A DNA stretch of 64,000 nucleotides from Fidelibacterota bacterium (GTDB taxonomy: Bacteria; Fidelibacterota; Marinisomatia; Marinisomatales; TCS56): NCBI GenBank assembly GCA_043822705.1, contig JBDRBK010000082.1, forward strand, positions 1 to 64,000, given 5' to 3'. Of the stretch, positions 38,427 through 48,745 are shown piece by piece. Made by a program: the position numbers and the translations under genes. Within the stretch, counting starts at the first letter, position 1. Each line of letters begins with the position of its first letter. The notes under the pieces were generated by a model. It was not told the origin of the DNA, did no database searches, and saw nothing but the letters and a program-made list of their open reading frames with translations.

Positions 38427-40631
38427 ATGAAAAAATTCTTCAAACAGAATATGCGTGGTGTAAATCAGAGCGTTGTAGTGCTGATCTTTCTAGTCTTCAC
38501 TGGAATCCAGGCTCAGAATGACAATGCTGTCGATCCGAATAGTAAAAGCTATATCAGGGTCGGTAGTCTTCAAAGCCATATTTCAGCTTATGGAGCCGAA
38601 CGAGCCTGGACCGGCAGTTATTATGAAGGTCTAATCTGGCCGGCTGATTATCTCTACCAGGACAATGCTGTTATTAAACGATCCTTCCTGGCAGTTGAAA
38701 ATTGGACTGACGCAGTTGGTGAACCCTGGGATTACTGGGCTACTTATATTTCACTTGGCAATGCAGACCTGACACTATTTCCAGTAGAACTCAGTCAGGT
38801 ATCGAAGTATGATCTGCCACTTGTATTGGTAGATGGTAATAATATTTCCGCGCCCCTCATGAATGATATTACTGAACCGATTAATCCTGATCAAATTCCT
38901 GACCGGATTGTTACAAATACGGTTAATACTTTCTGCGGACTAACTTTTACACGACGCGTGCTGGCTTTCACGCAACAATACCATGATAACTATTTCATTA
39001 AAGAAATTGTACTACACAATACTGGTAATACTGATTACGATGATGATATTGAATTGACCAACATGCTTCATGGTGTGCGCATTGGATGGAGCACGCGCTA
39101 TGCTGTCAGCCGTGATGGTGCCTCAACGATGGCCGATGGCAGTCAGAAGTGGGGTAAGCATACCTGGGTTACCAAGCGTGGAGAAGATTATGCTAGCCAC
39201 CAAGGTGAGATGTTTACCGAAGCAGAGGGAATCCAGGACTGGATTCGCTTGGGATTTTGCTATCTCGGGCAAAATGAGGCCAGTACCTATAGTACTATCG
39301 GAGCCCCGGACTTATACGAAAATGGACGTCTTTGCTCCCCACAGCACGTTGGTACTGGAATTCTGCATGTTCCTGTGAGTACTATTGATACAACCGACGA
39401 TGCAACTCAACCCGCGGTATTGGGTTGGCATGCCGGAGATACATATCCCACAGGAGGTTCCAACAATAAAGGTTCCATTCCAGCCATGAAACAGATGTGG
39501 GATTTTCTGGATGGAATTCCTTTTGGAATTGGGATGGGTGACGATGACCGCATGGATGAAACCCATATGACTGATAACTGGGTTGATCCATACACCATAC
39601 ATCGTGATGGAGGTGGTACCAATTTGTGGATTGGGTATGGACCATTTGATATTCCGCATGGTGATAGTGTGGTGATAGTTGAAGTGGAAGCGATTGATGG
39701 TCTGGATCGTGAAAAGTGTATTCAAATCGGACGAAAATGGTACGAAGCCTATAAGTCGGAAAATCAGAGTACTTCATATGACTTTGAAATGCCTGATGGC
39801 ACGATCAAAACCGGTACATATGCCGATGGTAGTGCCGATGCATATAAAAATGCCTGGATTTTCACAGGTAAAGATTCAATTCTGAAAACTATTGGCCGAG
39901 CGTACCGGAATTATAAATCCGGCTATGCCATTCCACAACCACCGGCACCACCGACTACCTTTGAAGTGGCCTCAGGGGGCGATAAAATCACTTTATCATG
40001 GAATTTAAGTCCTGATGATAGTGAACCTGATTTTGCCGGTTACAGAATCTATCGAGCAGTGCATAAACCAGATACGGTTCATACATTGTTAGCAACAGTC
40101 GGTGCTGGTATCACGAGCTATGAAGATAAAACACCTTCACGGGGCTTGGATTATTATTATTACATAACGGCCTTTAATGATGGCAGTAATAACACCAGCG
40201 GCGAATTGAATCCGTCAGGACCTTTAGAAAGCGGCCGGTTCTATACCAAGACTACTGAACCTGCCAACCTTAAGCGTAAGCAAGGTGAAAACCTGGCAGA
40301 CATCATCATTGTCCCAAATCCATATAATATCAGTGCCAATAAGCTTCAATATAGTGAAAGCGGTGTAGACAAAATTGGATTTCTGAATATTCCTGGGAAA
40401 TGTGTGATAAAAATATACAGTGAACGGGGAGATTTGATTGAGACAATCCAGCATGATGATGGCAGTGGAGACGAATATTGGAATTCGATCTCATCCGCAC
40501 GCCAGGTTGTAGTCAGCGGTCTTTATATCGCATATTTTGAGGTTTCTGAAAATATTTTTGATGAGGAAACCGGTGAAAAGATTTTCTCCAAGGGAGAAAA
40601 TACATTTCGAAAATTTATTATTGTCAGGTAA
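38427..40631 (+). CDS. Secreted surface protein with IVPNPY-type C-terminal domain (cassette 3)
   Basis: Homologous to 30683 (YIRVGSL, DNYFI, GYGPF, PQPPAPP, FAGYRIYRA, IVPNPY, ERGDLIETI, RKFIIVR). Confidence 0.78.
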   Translation: MKKFFKQNMRGVNQSVVVLIFLVFTGIQAQNDNAVDPNSKSYIRVGSLQSHISAYGAERAWTGSYYEGLIWPADYLYQDNAVIKRSFLAVENWTDAVGEPWDYWATYISLGNADLTLFPVELSQVSKYDLPLVLVDGNNISAPLMNDITEPINPDQIPDRIVTNTVNTFCGLTFTRRVLAFTQQYHDNYFIKEIVLHNTGNTDYDDDIELTNMLHGVRIGWSTRYAVSRDGASTMADGSQKWGKHTWVTKRGEDYASHQGEMFTEAEGIQDWIRLGFCYLGQNEASTYSTIGAPDLYENGRLCSPQHVGTGILHVPVSTIDTTDDATQPAVLGWHAGDTYPTGGSNNKGSIPAMKQMWDFLDGIPFGIGMGDDDRMDETHMTDNWVDPYTIHRDGGGTNLWIGYGPFDIPHGDSVVIVEVEAIDGLDREKCIQIGRKWYEAYKSENQSTSYDFEMPDGTIKTGTYADGSADAYKNAWIFTGKDSILKTIGRAYRNYKSGYAIPQPPAPPTTFEVASGGDKITLSWNLSPDDSEPDFAGYRIYRAVHKPDTVHTLLATVGAGITSYEDKTPSRGLDYYYYITAFNDGSNNTSGELNPSGPLESGRFYTKTTEPANLKRKQGENLADIIIVPNPYNISANKLQYSESGVDKIGFLNIPGKCVIKIYSERGDLIETIQHDDGSGDEYWNSISSARQVVVSGLYIAYFEVSENIFDEETGEKIFSKGENTFRKFIIVR

Positions 40632-40637
40632 AGGGTA

Positions 40638-41261
40638 ATGAATCGCATGAACAGTAAAATGATAGCAAGAATATTACCACTGATCTTTTTGACCGGATTT
40701 TTCTTTTGCTGTGATGATTTCAAAGATGAAGAATATGAATTATCTGAACTGGATCGGGCTGTGACGTCGATTATTCGAGATGCACTTCTGATAATCGAAA
40801 TTGATTTGGATGATCTTACAAAATTTGATGCAACCTGGTTTGGTTCAGAAATTTACTCTAATATAAGTAGAATATTGGATACACTGGCAAAGTATGATCA
40901 AGAACTGATAATACAGGACAGTTGTTATCGGATTGATATCAGTGGTAGTGATTCATCTTATTTTTATGTTGAGACGAATCAAGCGGGTGAGTTTGTTTTT
41001 TGTTTCAATGAACCGATCAAATTTGAATTGATAGATGATTCAGGTATAATATTGACTAATAAATCCAACAGTTATTCTCTGGAAGAGGTAGCTGGTGGCG
41101 TGACCTATTACACCGATGAGAATTTTAAACAGACACTGGAATATTATATTGCATTGAAAAACACCTATGATCTGGAAGCGAATCGTTATTTAGGTCGGAT
41201 AATAAAAACTGATATGATAACCGAAACTGTTGTTAAAACAGTCATTAAAGCGACTATCTGA
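40638..41261 (+). CDS. Hypothetical lipoprotein (cassette 3)
   Basis: Signal ending FCC; DEEYELSELD resembles the 32830 N-terminus. Confidence 0.65.
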   Translation: MNRMNSKMIARILPLIFLTGFFFCCDDFKDEEYELSELDRAVTSIIRDALLIIEIDLDDLTKFDATWFGSEIYSNISRILDTLAKYDQELIIQDSCYRIDISGSDSSYFYVETNQAGEFVFCFNEPIKFELIDDSGIILTNKSNSYSLEEVAGGVTYYTDENFKQTLEYYIALKNTYDLEANRYLGRIIKTDMITETVVKTVIKATI

Positions 41262-41274
41262 GGAGGATGCGGAC

Positions 41275-42276
41275 ATGAAAATACTCAACCTCAATCGCCG
41301 ATCTGTCATGGCTGTGAACCTGATTTTAACAATAATTTGCTTGAATTCTGTTACGGCTGAGAAAAAACTTGGCCAGACCGGCTTCCAATTTCTGAGCGTA
41401 TCATCTGATGCCAGGGCTGGCGCTATGGCAGGAGCGGTTACAACGACTTTATATAATTCAACTGCCCTGTTTTTCAATCCGGCCGGATTATCAAGGATGG
41501 AAGAAACGCTTGATATCTCTATGAGCCGTAATTACTGGATAGCCGATATCAATTATTTGGCTTTCAGTGGTGCCTTTAAACCGGTTGGAGGAAGATTTGG
41601 CGTAGTTGCCTTTTCGATATCTGCGATTGATTATGGAGAAATACAGGGAGCAATGCGTTGGGATAATCTGGATGGTTATATCCTGACCGAAACAATGAAT
41701 CCGGCTGCAATTTCTGTTGGAGTCGGTTATGCTAAATCACTGTCGGATCAATTTTCGGTAGGCGGACAAATCAAACTGGCGGCCCAACAGTTGGGTAAGA
41801 GTGTAGTACCTCAAGGCGACAGTCTGACAGTGATAAAAAATCTGGCAGCCGAATATGCTTTTGATTTTGGTACAATGTACCGGACGAGTTTCAAGTCATT
41901 AGTATTCGGCATGACCGTTCGCAATTTTTCTAAGGAAGTTAAATACGAGACAGAAAGCTTTCAGATGCCCCTGATGTTCACAATGGGGATTTCATTCGAT
42001 CTAATGGATTTTATGCCTGGCGATAACGGCAATTCTTTACTGTTTGCCGTCGATGCGTTACATCCCCGGTCATATCCGGAGCAGCTAAAATTCGGGCTGG
42101 AGTATTCTTTTGGAGAACTGGCCAGCCTGCGACTGGGATATCATCTGGTATCGGATGAGCAGAAGGTCGCCTTTGGATTCGGTGTGAACAAATTTGGCTT
42201 GGCACTTGACTATGCCTACACGCCATTCGGTGTTTTTGACAACGTTCAACGAATAACAATTAGATTTTCAATTTAA
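41275..42276 (+). CDS. PorV/PorQ-like outer-membrane beta-barrel (cassette 3)
   Basis: SD GAGGAGG; KLGQTGFQFLSV.SDARAGAMAGA..LFFNPAGL; LDYAYTPFG. Confidence 0.85.
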   Translation: MKILNLNRRSVMAVNLILTIICLNSVTAEKKLGQTGFQFLSVSSDARAGAMAGAVTTTLYNSTALFFNPAGLSRMEETLDISMSRNYWIADINYLAFSGAFKPVGGRFGVVAFSISAIDYGEIQGAMRWDNLDGYILTETMNPAAISVGVGYAKSLSDQFSVGGQIKLAAQQLGKSVVPQGDSLTVIKNLAAEYAFDFGTMYRTSFKSLVFGMTVRNFSKEVKYETESFQMPLMFTMGISFDLMDFMPGDNGNSLLFAVDALHPRSYPEQLKFGLEYSFGELASLRLGYHLVSDEQKVAFGFGVNKFGLALDYAYTPFGVFDNVQRITIRFSI

Positions 42277-42312
42277 TGCGGATAGCACAAACTTTTGAAT
42301 CAGGAGATTAAA

Positions 42313-43563
42313 ATGGGTAAACAATATATTACCTTCCTAATGTTAAGCAGTATTTTACTTATTGGAACTGGTTGTGATAATAAAGTAACACCCAGTATCT
42401 ATGACCGGGATGCAGTCGGAAACGATGCACCGATTATTGACACCGTTGAACCGTCCAGTGTTTATGCTCTAATTGATAATATTACTATCACCGGTGATAA
42501 TTTCTCGGACAACCCGTTATTAAATTATGTTTATTTCGGCAACGCCAAGGCTACAATATTGGAAAATTCTACCACACAATTGGTAGTACTAGCTCCATAC
42601 ATCGAAGGTGATTCCCTGACCGTAAAGGTAGCCGCATCCGGTGCGTATGCTTTTGGAGAATACTCACCCTATAAAATTGAATTCGCCGCTATTGAGTATG
42701 GTGGCATAACTGAAACCCATGGTGTTAGCGCGGTGGCCTGTGCCGATTCGGAGAAAGTATATATTTGTTCCGGTGGACTCATGAAGATCCAGCTTATAAC
42801 TCCAGAAAGCGATAGTCCCGAAGATTTTGCCTCAATACCATTAACTCTATTATCAACACCATTTATTAATATGAGTGTGGGTCCCAATGGCTATCTTTAT
42901 GGTACTAACCGCAAAGTGGTCTACTATGTGAGTCCTGATGGTAGCATAGTCGATAAATACGCTACCCTGGGTGGTAATGCCAATGATATCGATTTTGATA
43001 TCAACGATAATATGTTTGTTGCCTCGCGGGGAGCGATATACTGCATACAGGCGGATACCACTGTTACCAAGGCCGCTACCTATGATAGTCGCCACGATCT
43101 GAAATCATTACGGATTTACGATGGCTATGTTTATGCAGCAGGTGCATACACTGGCACCAATGTCACCTACATTAAACGTGGTGTCTGGCGTAACCAGATT
43201 CTGGATGCTAATGGCACTTTGGGTGCCTGGGAAAATGTCTTCGATTGGGGCTCATATATTGGAACGGCGGGACCGGATCTTCTATCAATCACGTTTAATG
43301 CTGATGGAGTCATGTACCTGGGAGCCGATGAAGCGGTTGGATTTGACGCTATTTACATGCTTGAACCGGACGGCGGTGGTTCTTATCTTACATCGGTACC
43401 AGAACCACTCTTTCCCGCAGTCTTGAATGCTCCGACTAATAATTTTGTCTGGGGCAGCGATCAGTACCTCTATGTCAATCGCATGGGGGTGGCTGCAGGG
43501 GATAAACGTTTGATCAGAATTACAACGGGAAAACTGTCGGCGCCTTATTATGGCCGCGAATAA
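42313..43563 (+). CDS. IPT/TIG-domain lipoprotein with beta-propeller
   Basis: SD AGGAG; lipobox GTGC; P.I..VEP....ITITG.NFS...N.VYFG; propeller-like repeats (GPNGYLY, DINDNMFV). Confidence 0.75.
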   Translation: MGKQYITFLMLSSILLIGTGCDNKVTPSIYDRDAVGNDAPIIDTVEPSSVYALIDNITITGDNFSDNPLLNYVYFGNAKATILENSTTQLVVLAPYIEGDSLTVKVAASGAYAFGEYSPYKIEFAAIEYGGITETHGVSAVACADSEKVYICSGGLMKIQLITPESDSPEDFASIPLTLLSTPFINMSVGPNGYLYGTNRKVVYYVSPDGSIVDKYATLGGNANDIDFDINDNMFVASRGAIYCIQADTTVTKAATYDSRHDLKSLRIYDGYVYAAGAYTGTNVTYIKRGVWRNQILDANGTLGAWENVFDWGSYIGTAGPDLLSITFNADGVMYLGADEAVGFDAIYMLEPDGGGSYLTSVPEPLFPAVLNAPTNNFVWGSDQYLYVNRMGVAAGDKRLIRITTGKLSAPYYGRE

Positions 43564-43662
43564 ACAGACTTATGCAAGTGAATATGCAGTGCGCACTGCG
43601 ACTTTCATAAGAAACTTAACTAAATAGTTGAGTACTTAACTAAAATCACAAAGGATACAAAA

Positions 43663-45087
43663 ATGAAAAGAGTGATACTAGTTGTTCTGGCATTGACCTT
43701 GTTTACCAGTTCGGCCTTCGCTGTGGCTGGCTGGCAATTCAAGGATTGTGCCGTTGTTGGAAGAGAATCAGGTTCGGATGATCAAGCGGTAAACGTACCA
43801 GGATATAAGAACGCTTACGGCGTTACCGTTGATCCAGATGGCAATATCTGGTTTGGAGCCTACTATCAACGTTATAACTACGATGTTGAGACACCATATT
43901 ATCCCGATGATGTTTCGATTCTGGTACCCGGTGGTGCCTCGGGTGGAGGTGATACGACTATTGTGAAAGGAACCTATCCGATCTTCCGCTTGAATACTGA
44001 TGGCAGCTACGATGTATTCCAGTTCCTGCAGTGGGATGATGGTGTCACCGTTGATACAACCTGGTATGGAAACCGTGGAATGTGCACCGATGTTGATGGC
44101 AATATTGTCGTCTCAACCAGTGGCGGATTGATGTACCATATCAATTACCAGACTGGTGAATTAATGGCTACCTATCAAAACAGCGGTAAGTTCGGACACC
44201 GTCCGGCCGCCGATGCCAATGGCTATATCTACCATGGTGACTTGTTCGGCGGTAATCCGGTAGATGTGCTGGATTCCTATGATTTCTCCGTTTACACTCA
44301 GGTTACGGCAACCCAGCCTGGTGCTGTTTGTCGCGGGCTGAGCTGCAATACGACAGGAACCGAAGTATATATTGCCGGGAACTCAGGTGGCAACGGTATT
44401 TTCAAATTCTACAGTGAACAGGGTCCCGATGGAACCTATGCCTTAACCGACACTCTGATCAAATCGATCATGGTCGGCTCCACAGAGATGTTCCCTGGTG
44501 TTACCTGCTGCACTTATGAACCAAGCACCGGCTATGTCTGGTTTTCCACGATTCAGGGTGACGCTCTGGAAGCCTACTGGGCTGTTGATCCCGCCAATGA
44601 CGCCATTGTTGACAGTGTCAGTCATTTTTTCTTTGGACCTACGACTGACACCACCAGTGGTGGTTATGCGTCACCATGGGTCGTTCGTTGCCCTCGCGAT
44701 GTGGCCTTCAGCAATGATGGTTTAGAAATGTACATTGCCGATATGTACGGCTATACCATCAAGACCTGGGAACATGTAGATGAACTGCCAGAGTTAGGTA
44801 CTGCCGCCAACCACGCGCTGCCGAAAGCGTTCAAACTCAGCCAGAACTATCCGAATCCCTTCAACCCGGTTACGATCATTCCGTTCGAACTGGCCAACAG
44901 CAGTATGGTCAGACTGACCGTGTATGATCTCACCGGTCGTACCGTCGCGACGCTGATCAATCAGAATCTCAGCGCCGGAACGCATAGCGCCGAATTCGAC
45001 GGAACCCGTCTGGCTTCCGGTCCCTATTTCTATGAACTGACCATTGACGGTCAGCGGAACGTCAAGAAGATGCTGTTGCTCAAATAA
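43663..45087 (+). CDS. Secreted beta-propeller protein with T9SS type-A-like CTD
   Basis: Signal peptide; YGVTVDPDGNIW, PRDVAFS.DG; F.LSQNYPNPFNP.T.I.F..VYD..GR.V..L..SG.YFY.L..KKMLLLK. Confidence 0.78.
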   Translation: MKRVILVVLALTLFTSSAFAVAGWQFKDCAVVGRESGSDDQAVNVPGYKNAYGVTVDPDGNIWFGAYYQRYNYDVETPYYPDDVSILVPGGASGGGDTTIVKGTYPIFRLNTDGSYDVFQFLQWDDGVTVDTTWYGNRGMCTDVDGNIVVSTSGGLMYHINYQTGELMATYQNSGKFGHRPAADANGYIYHGDLFGGNPVDVLDSYDFSVYTQVTATQPGAVCRGLSCNTTGTEVYIAGNSGGNGIFKFYSEQGPDGTYALTDTLIKSIMVGSTEMFPGVTCCTYEPSTGYVWFSTIQGDALEAYWAVDPANDAIVDSVSHFFFGPTTDTTSGGYASPWVVRCPRDVAFSNDGLEMYIADMYGYTIKTWEHVDELPELGTAANHALPKAFKLSQNYPNPFNPVTIIPFELANSSMVRLTVYDLTGRTVATLINQNLSAGTHSAEFDGTRLASGPYFYELTIDGQRNVKKMLLLK

Positions 45088-45105
45088 CAGCCTTTTCCGT
45101 TTCTT

Positions 45106-45144
45106 TGAAAGCCTCCGCTGCGGCGGAGGCTTTCATTTTTTTTT
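45106..45144 (+). terminator. Intrinsic terminator
   Basis: TGAAAGCCTCCGC-TGCG-GCGGAGGCTTTCA followed by a T9 run. Confidence 0.85.
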
Positions 45145-45215
45145 AAAACAGCCAGTAATTCCGAAATAATTTCGGTTTTTGGTTATAGCAGTTGAATCAA
45201 CATGGTAGCAGAACA

Positions 45216-46148
45216 ATGAAAAACATACTCCTCGCCCTCGTGCTTGCCGGAGCCGTTAACGCGGCCGACCAGCCGGCCGTTTCAACCGTCGGACAACCGG
45301 TACTGGTGCTCGATACCGATCAATATTTCATGTGCCCCAAATGGTCGCCCATCGGCACCGACCTGGCCCTGACCGGCCCCAATTATAGTAGTATTTATCT
45401 ATATTTCTTCAACGCCAATGAGGTCCGGATGATATCCGATAAACCGGGGACCGGGTTTGGGATGAGCTGGTCGCATGATGGTAAATCGATTGCCGCCCGG
45501 GTCTCAAAATATGAAAACCGGCGCCGCTGGAGTTCCATCGCTGTTTATACTCTGGAGAATAGTCAGGAAGATTTGATTACGGATTATGTAAAACTCCTGC
45601 CAGGTGAGTTGGCATGGTCGGATAACGATGATATGATATACCTTAAATATTCGAACCCACAAATATTTTCCATTCCGGGTAAAGCCCCATCGCTACCGCG
45701 GGCGGATGAAACCATATATTATGTTGACGACAATAAGATTGTCAGTCAATCCCTGTCTGGTAGCGACACCAATATTTTAATCAGCGTCAACAATACGATC
45801 CTGGAACCAGTATTATCTCCCGATGGACAGAAAATCGCTTATTTTGTATATGGCGGTAACCTTTGGGTCACCGATCTTGTAAAAGGAACGTCTATCGATC
45901 TTGGGAAAGGTGAGCATCCCACCTGGAGTGCCGACAGCCGGAAACTGGCCTACATGATTACTGAGGACGATGGTCATGTATTGACCCAGTCTGATATTTA
46001 TGTAATAAATATTGACGGAACTGGGATGATTAATCTCACGGACAGTCCCGAAAAATATGAGATGCACCCTGACTGGTCCCCTGATGGCAGATGGATTGCT
46101 TATGATACCAACGAAGATGGAAAAATCTGGATGCAAGAGGTACGCTGA
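45216..46148 (+). CDS. TolB-like (PD40 repeat) beta-propeller protein
   Basis: PKWSP, WSHDGK, PVLSPDG.KIAY, PTWSAD, PDWSPDG.WIAY. Confidence 0.82.
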   Translation: MKNILLALVLAGAVNAADQPAVSTVGQPVLVLDTDQYFMCPKWSPIGTDLALTGPNYSSIYLYFFNANEVRMISDKPGTGFGMSWSHDGKSIAARVSKYENRRRWSSIAVYTLENSQEDLITDYVKLLPGELAWSDNDDMIYLKYSNPQIFSIPGKAPSLPRADETIYYVDDNKIVSQSLSGSDTNILISVNNTILEPVLSPDGQKIAYFVYGGNLWVTDLVKGTSIDLGKGEHPTWSADSRKLAYMITEDDGHVLTQSDIYVINIDGTGMINLTDSPEKYEMHPDWSPDGRWIAYDTNEDGKIWMQEVR

Positions 46149-48652
46149 TGCTGTTGAAGCAAATAAAATTAAGTCTGATATTATTATTTCTGGTTTCACT
46201 CCTGAATGCTCAGGCTACTGGTTTGGCCGGGTGGGACATCTGCCTGGACCCGGGCCACAGCATTAAACAGAATATGGGTGTATTCAATTACTCGGAAGCA
46301 ATGAAGAATCTGTATGTGAGTCGCAATCTGCGCGATATATTGCAAACCTACAGTGATATTGATACAGTTTATGTTACTCGCAATGACTCGATTTATGATT
46401 ATTCATTAAGCTCACGCACGACTTATGCCAATAGTTTAAAAAACTATGTTGGTGCAACCTGGTTCCACTCAATTCATAGTAATGCCGGTGGTGCCTCGGC
46501 CAACAGTACATTAATGCTTTGGGCCCAGAATTATAATGGTTCGGAACATAAGGTCGGTAGCAAGGCCATGGCAGATATTATGGTGGAATGGTTGACGGCT
46601 GGGATGCGAACCTATACCAGTGGATCAATTGGAGATTGTGTATTTTACGGGGAATCCTGTCCCAGAAATTATGTTACCAAGTACACTACCATGCCCGGCG
46701 AGTTGAGTGAAGCCGGTTTTCATACCAATGAACGCCAGAACCAGCTGAACATGAACGCCGAATGGAAACGGATGGAAGCCTGGACTTTTTACTGGTCTAT
46801 CCTGGATTATCACGATATTGATTGGCCGGCCGTCGGTATCGCAGCCGGGATAATCACCGATTACGAGACTTACCAGCCAATCAATGGCGCTACCGTGCAA
46901 CTTAATGGTGAAACCTATACAACTGATACATACGAGTCATTATTCAATCAGTATTCCACCGATCCCGAAAAATTGCGCAACGGGTTTTATTATTTTGAAG
47001 GATTACCGAATACCAGTCTAGAAATGGTTGTCAGCGCCCCGGATTATTACCCGGATACATTACTGGTCACAATCGTCGACACTTTCATAACCTTCAAGGA
47101 TATTAAACTGGTGTCTTCAGTTCCACCATACATAACCGGGAGTTTGCCGGTCGAGGGTGATACATCCTACCCGGCCATCGATGATATTATTATCAAATTC
47201 AGTCGTACGATGGATCGGTCGTCGGTCGAAGCGGCTTTTTCAATTTCACCAGCCGTTCCCGGTGTTTTCTTGTGGAAGGATAATTACCGCGAACTGACCT
47301 ACCGCCCCGATGCCCTCGATTATAAGGTTGATTACACAATAACAATTGCCGATTTGGCCTTTGACAGTTATGATCATTATCTGGATGGCGACGGAGACGG
47401 AACCCAGGGCGGTGATTATGTACTTCAATTTCGTTCCAGTGCCGAGGATACTTACCCGCCTGAAATTCTGTCGGTGTATCCGGCCGCCACATCCAGTAAT
47501 ATTGAATTACAGCCGATTATCAGTTTTGTATACAATGAAATCATTGGTCCCGATTCACTGGTCGCCGCGAACATCAAATTGCAACGTCTGGCCGATTACA
47601 CCTATGTACCGGTCGTTGTAGAAAACCACCGAGTTAAAAAGCGCAGTGTAATCAATGTCTTTCCCGTCAGTCCTTTGCCTGCTGATGAGGTGTTTGTTTC
47701 CCGGATAGCTCCCGGGCTGGCTGATCTGTCAGGTAATGCCACCACTTCCTATAAATCCTTCAGTTTTCAAACCGGTACTACCGGCTGGGATATAACCGGC
47801 ATTGATAATTTCAACTCCGGTGTAACCTCCAACTGGTGGGAACCGGCTTCCAGCGGATCGACAACCGGCTATATCGCCGACAGTACCGGCCGCACAGTCC
47901 GCTCGGATATTGTTAATCATTTAACCTCCAGTACGAATGCACTTGAGATCAACTATGGTTGGGACCTTGATAAAACCGAATGGTTGCTGCGTGAATACCT
48001 GTCTGGCGGCACTCCGCGGAATGTCATTTTCAACAGCTCCTATCGGATGCAGGCTTATGTCTTTGGAACCGGCAGTGGTGTGAAATTGCGGTTTGCAGTG
48101 GATGACCATTATCCAGCTACAGCAGCGGAGTATCATGAAGCCAGCCCCTGGTTTACCATCGACTGGTATGGCTGGAAGCTGGTTTCCTGGGACATTGCGA
48201 ATGAATCCGGCACCTGGCTGGGCGACGGTAACCTCGATGGTAACTTGCGCTTTGACAGTATTCAACTGACCTATGCTCCCGGTTCCGATCAGTTTGGGTC
48301 GGTTATTATTGATGATTTGCGGTTGATTAAACCGGTTACGGTTGGCGTAGAAGCCGCCGGTTTTACTCAACCTCTGGAATACAGCCTGGCGGCTAATTAT
48401 CCCAATCCTTTCAACCCGGTAACCAATATCAGTTTTACGATACCGGAAGCCGGGCAGATTTCTCTGGCAGTCTATGATATTAGTGGACGGTTGGTTAGAA
48501 CCTTAGTCCGGCATGACCTCACCGCGGGACAACATCATGTGGAGTGGGATGGAACCAACAATAACGGTGAATTACAAGCCAGTGGTGTATATTTTTATCG
48601 CCTGTCCGGTGATGATGTAAATTTGTCGCGCCGAATGACCTTGATCAAATAG
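46148..48652 (+). CDS. Secreted N-acetylmuramoyl-L-alanine amidase (Amidase_3) + two Ig-like (Big_5-type) + CBM-like module + T9SS-like CTD
   Basis: LDPGH, SEA, HSIHSNA, LSEAGFH (Zn ligands and catalytic Glu); I.FS..MD; NYPNPFNP CTD. Confidence 0.85.
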   Translation: MLLKQIKLSLILLFLVSLLNAQATGLAGWDICLDPGHSIKQNMGVFNYSEAMKNLYVSRNLRDILQTYSDIDTVYVTRNDSIYDYSLSSRTTYANSLKNYVGATWFHSIHSNAGGASANSTLMLWAQNYNGSEHKVGSKAMADIMVEWLTAGMRTYTSGSIGDCVFYGESCPRNYVTKYTTMPGELSEAGFHTNERQNQLNMNAEWKRMEAWTFYWSILDYHDIDWPAVGIAAGIITDYETYQPINGATVQLNGETYTTDTYESLFNQYSTDPEKLRNGFYYFEGLPNTSLEMVVSAPDYYPDTLLVTIVDTFITFKDIKLVSSVPPYITGSLPVEGDTSYPAIDDIIIKFSRTMDRSSVEAAFSISPAVPGVFLWKDNYRELTYRPDALDYKVDYTITIADLAFDSYDHYLDGDGDGTQGGDYVLQFRSSAEDTYPPEILSVYPAATSSNIELQPIISFVYNEIIGPDSLVAANIKLQRLADYTYVPVVVENHRVKKRSVINVFPVSPLPADEVFVSRIAPGLADLSGNATTSYKSFSFQTGTTGWDITGIDNFNSGVTSNWWEPASSGSTTGYIADSTGRTVRSDIVNHLTSSTNALEINYGWDLDKTEWLLREYLSGGTPRNVIFNSSYRMQAYVFGTGSGVKLRFAVDDHYPATAAEYHEASPWFTIDWYGWKLVSWDIANESGTWLGDGNLDGNLRFDSIQLTYAPGSDQFGSVIIDDLRLIKPVTVGVEAAGFTQPLEYSLAANYPNPFNPVTNISFTIPEAGQISLAVYDISGRLVRTLVRHDLTAGQHHVEWDGTNNNGELQASGVYFYRLSGDDVNLSRRMTLIK

Positions 48653-48745
48653 AATTAGCAGCAGATTCCCGGTATTATGAATCCACCAGATTCACCAGTC
48701 GCCTTGTTCCTGGGTAAGGTGCTGCTAATTCAATAAGGAGAAGAT

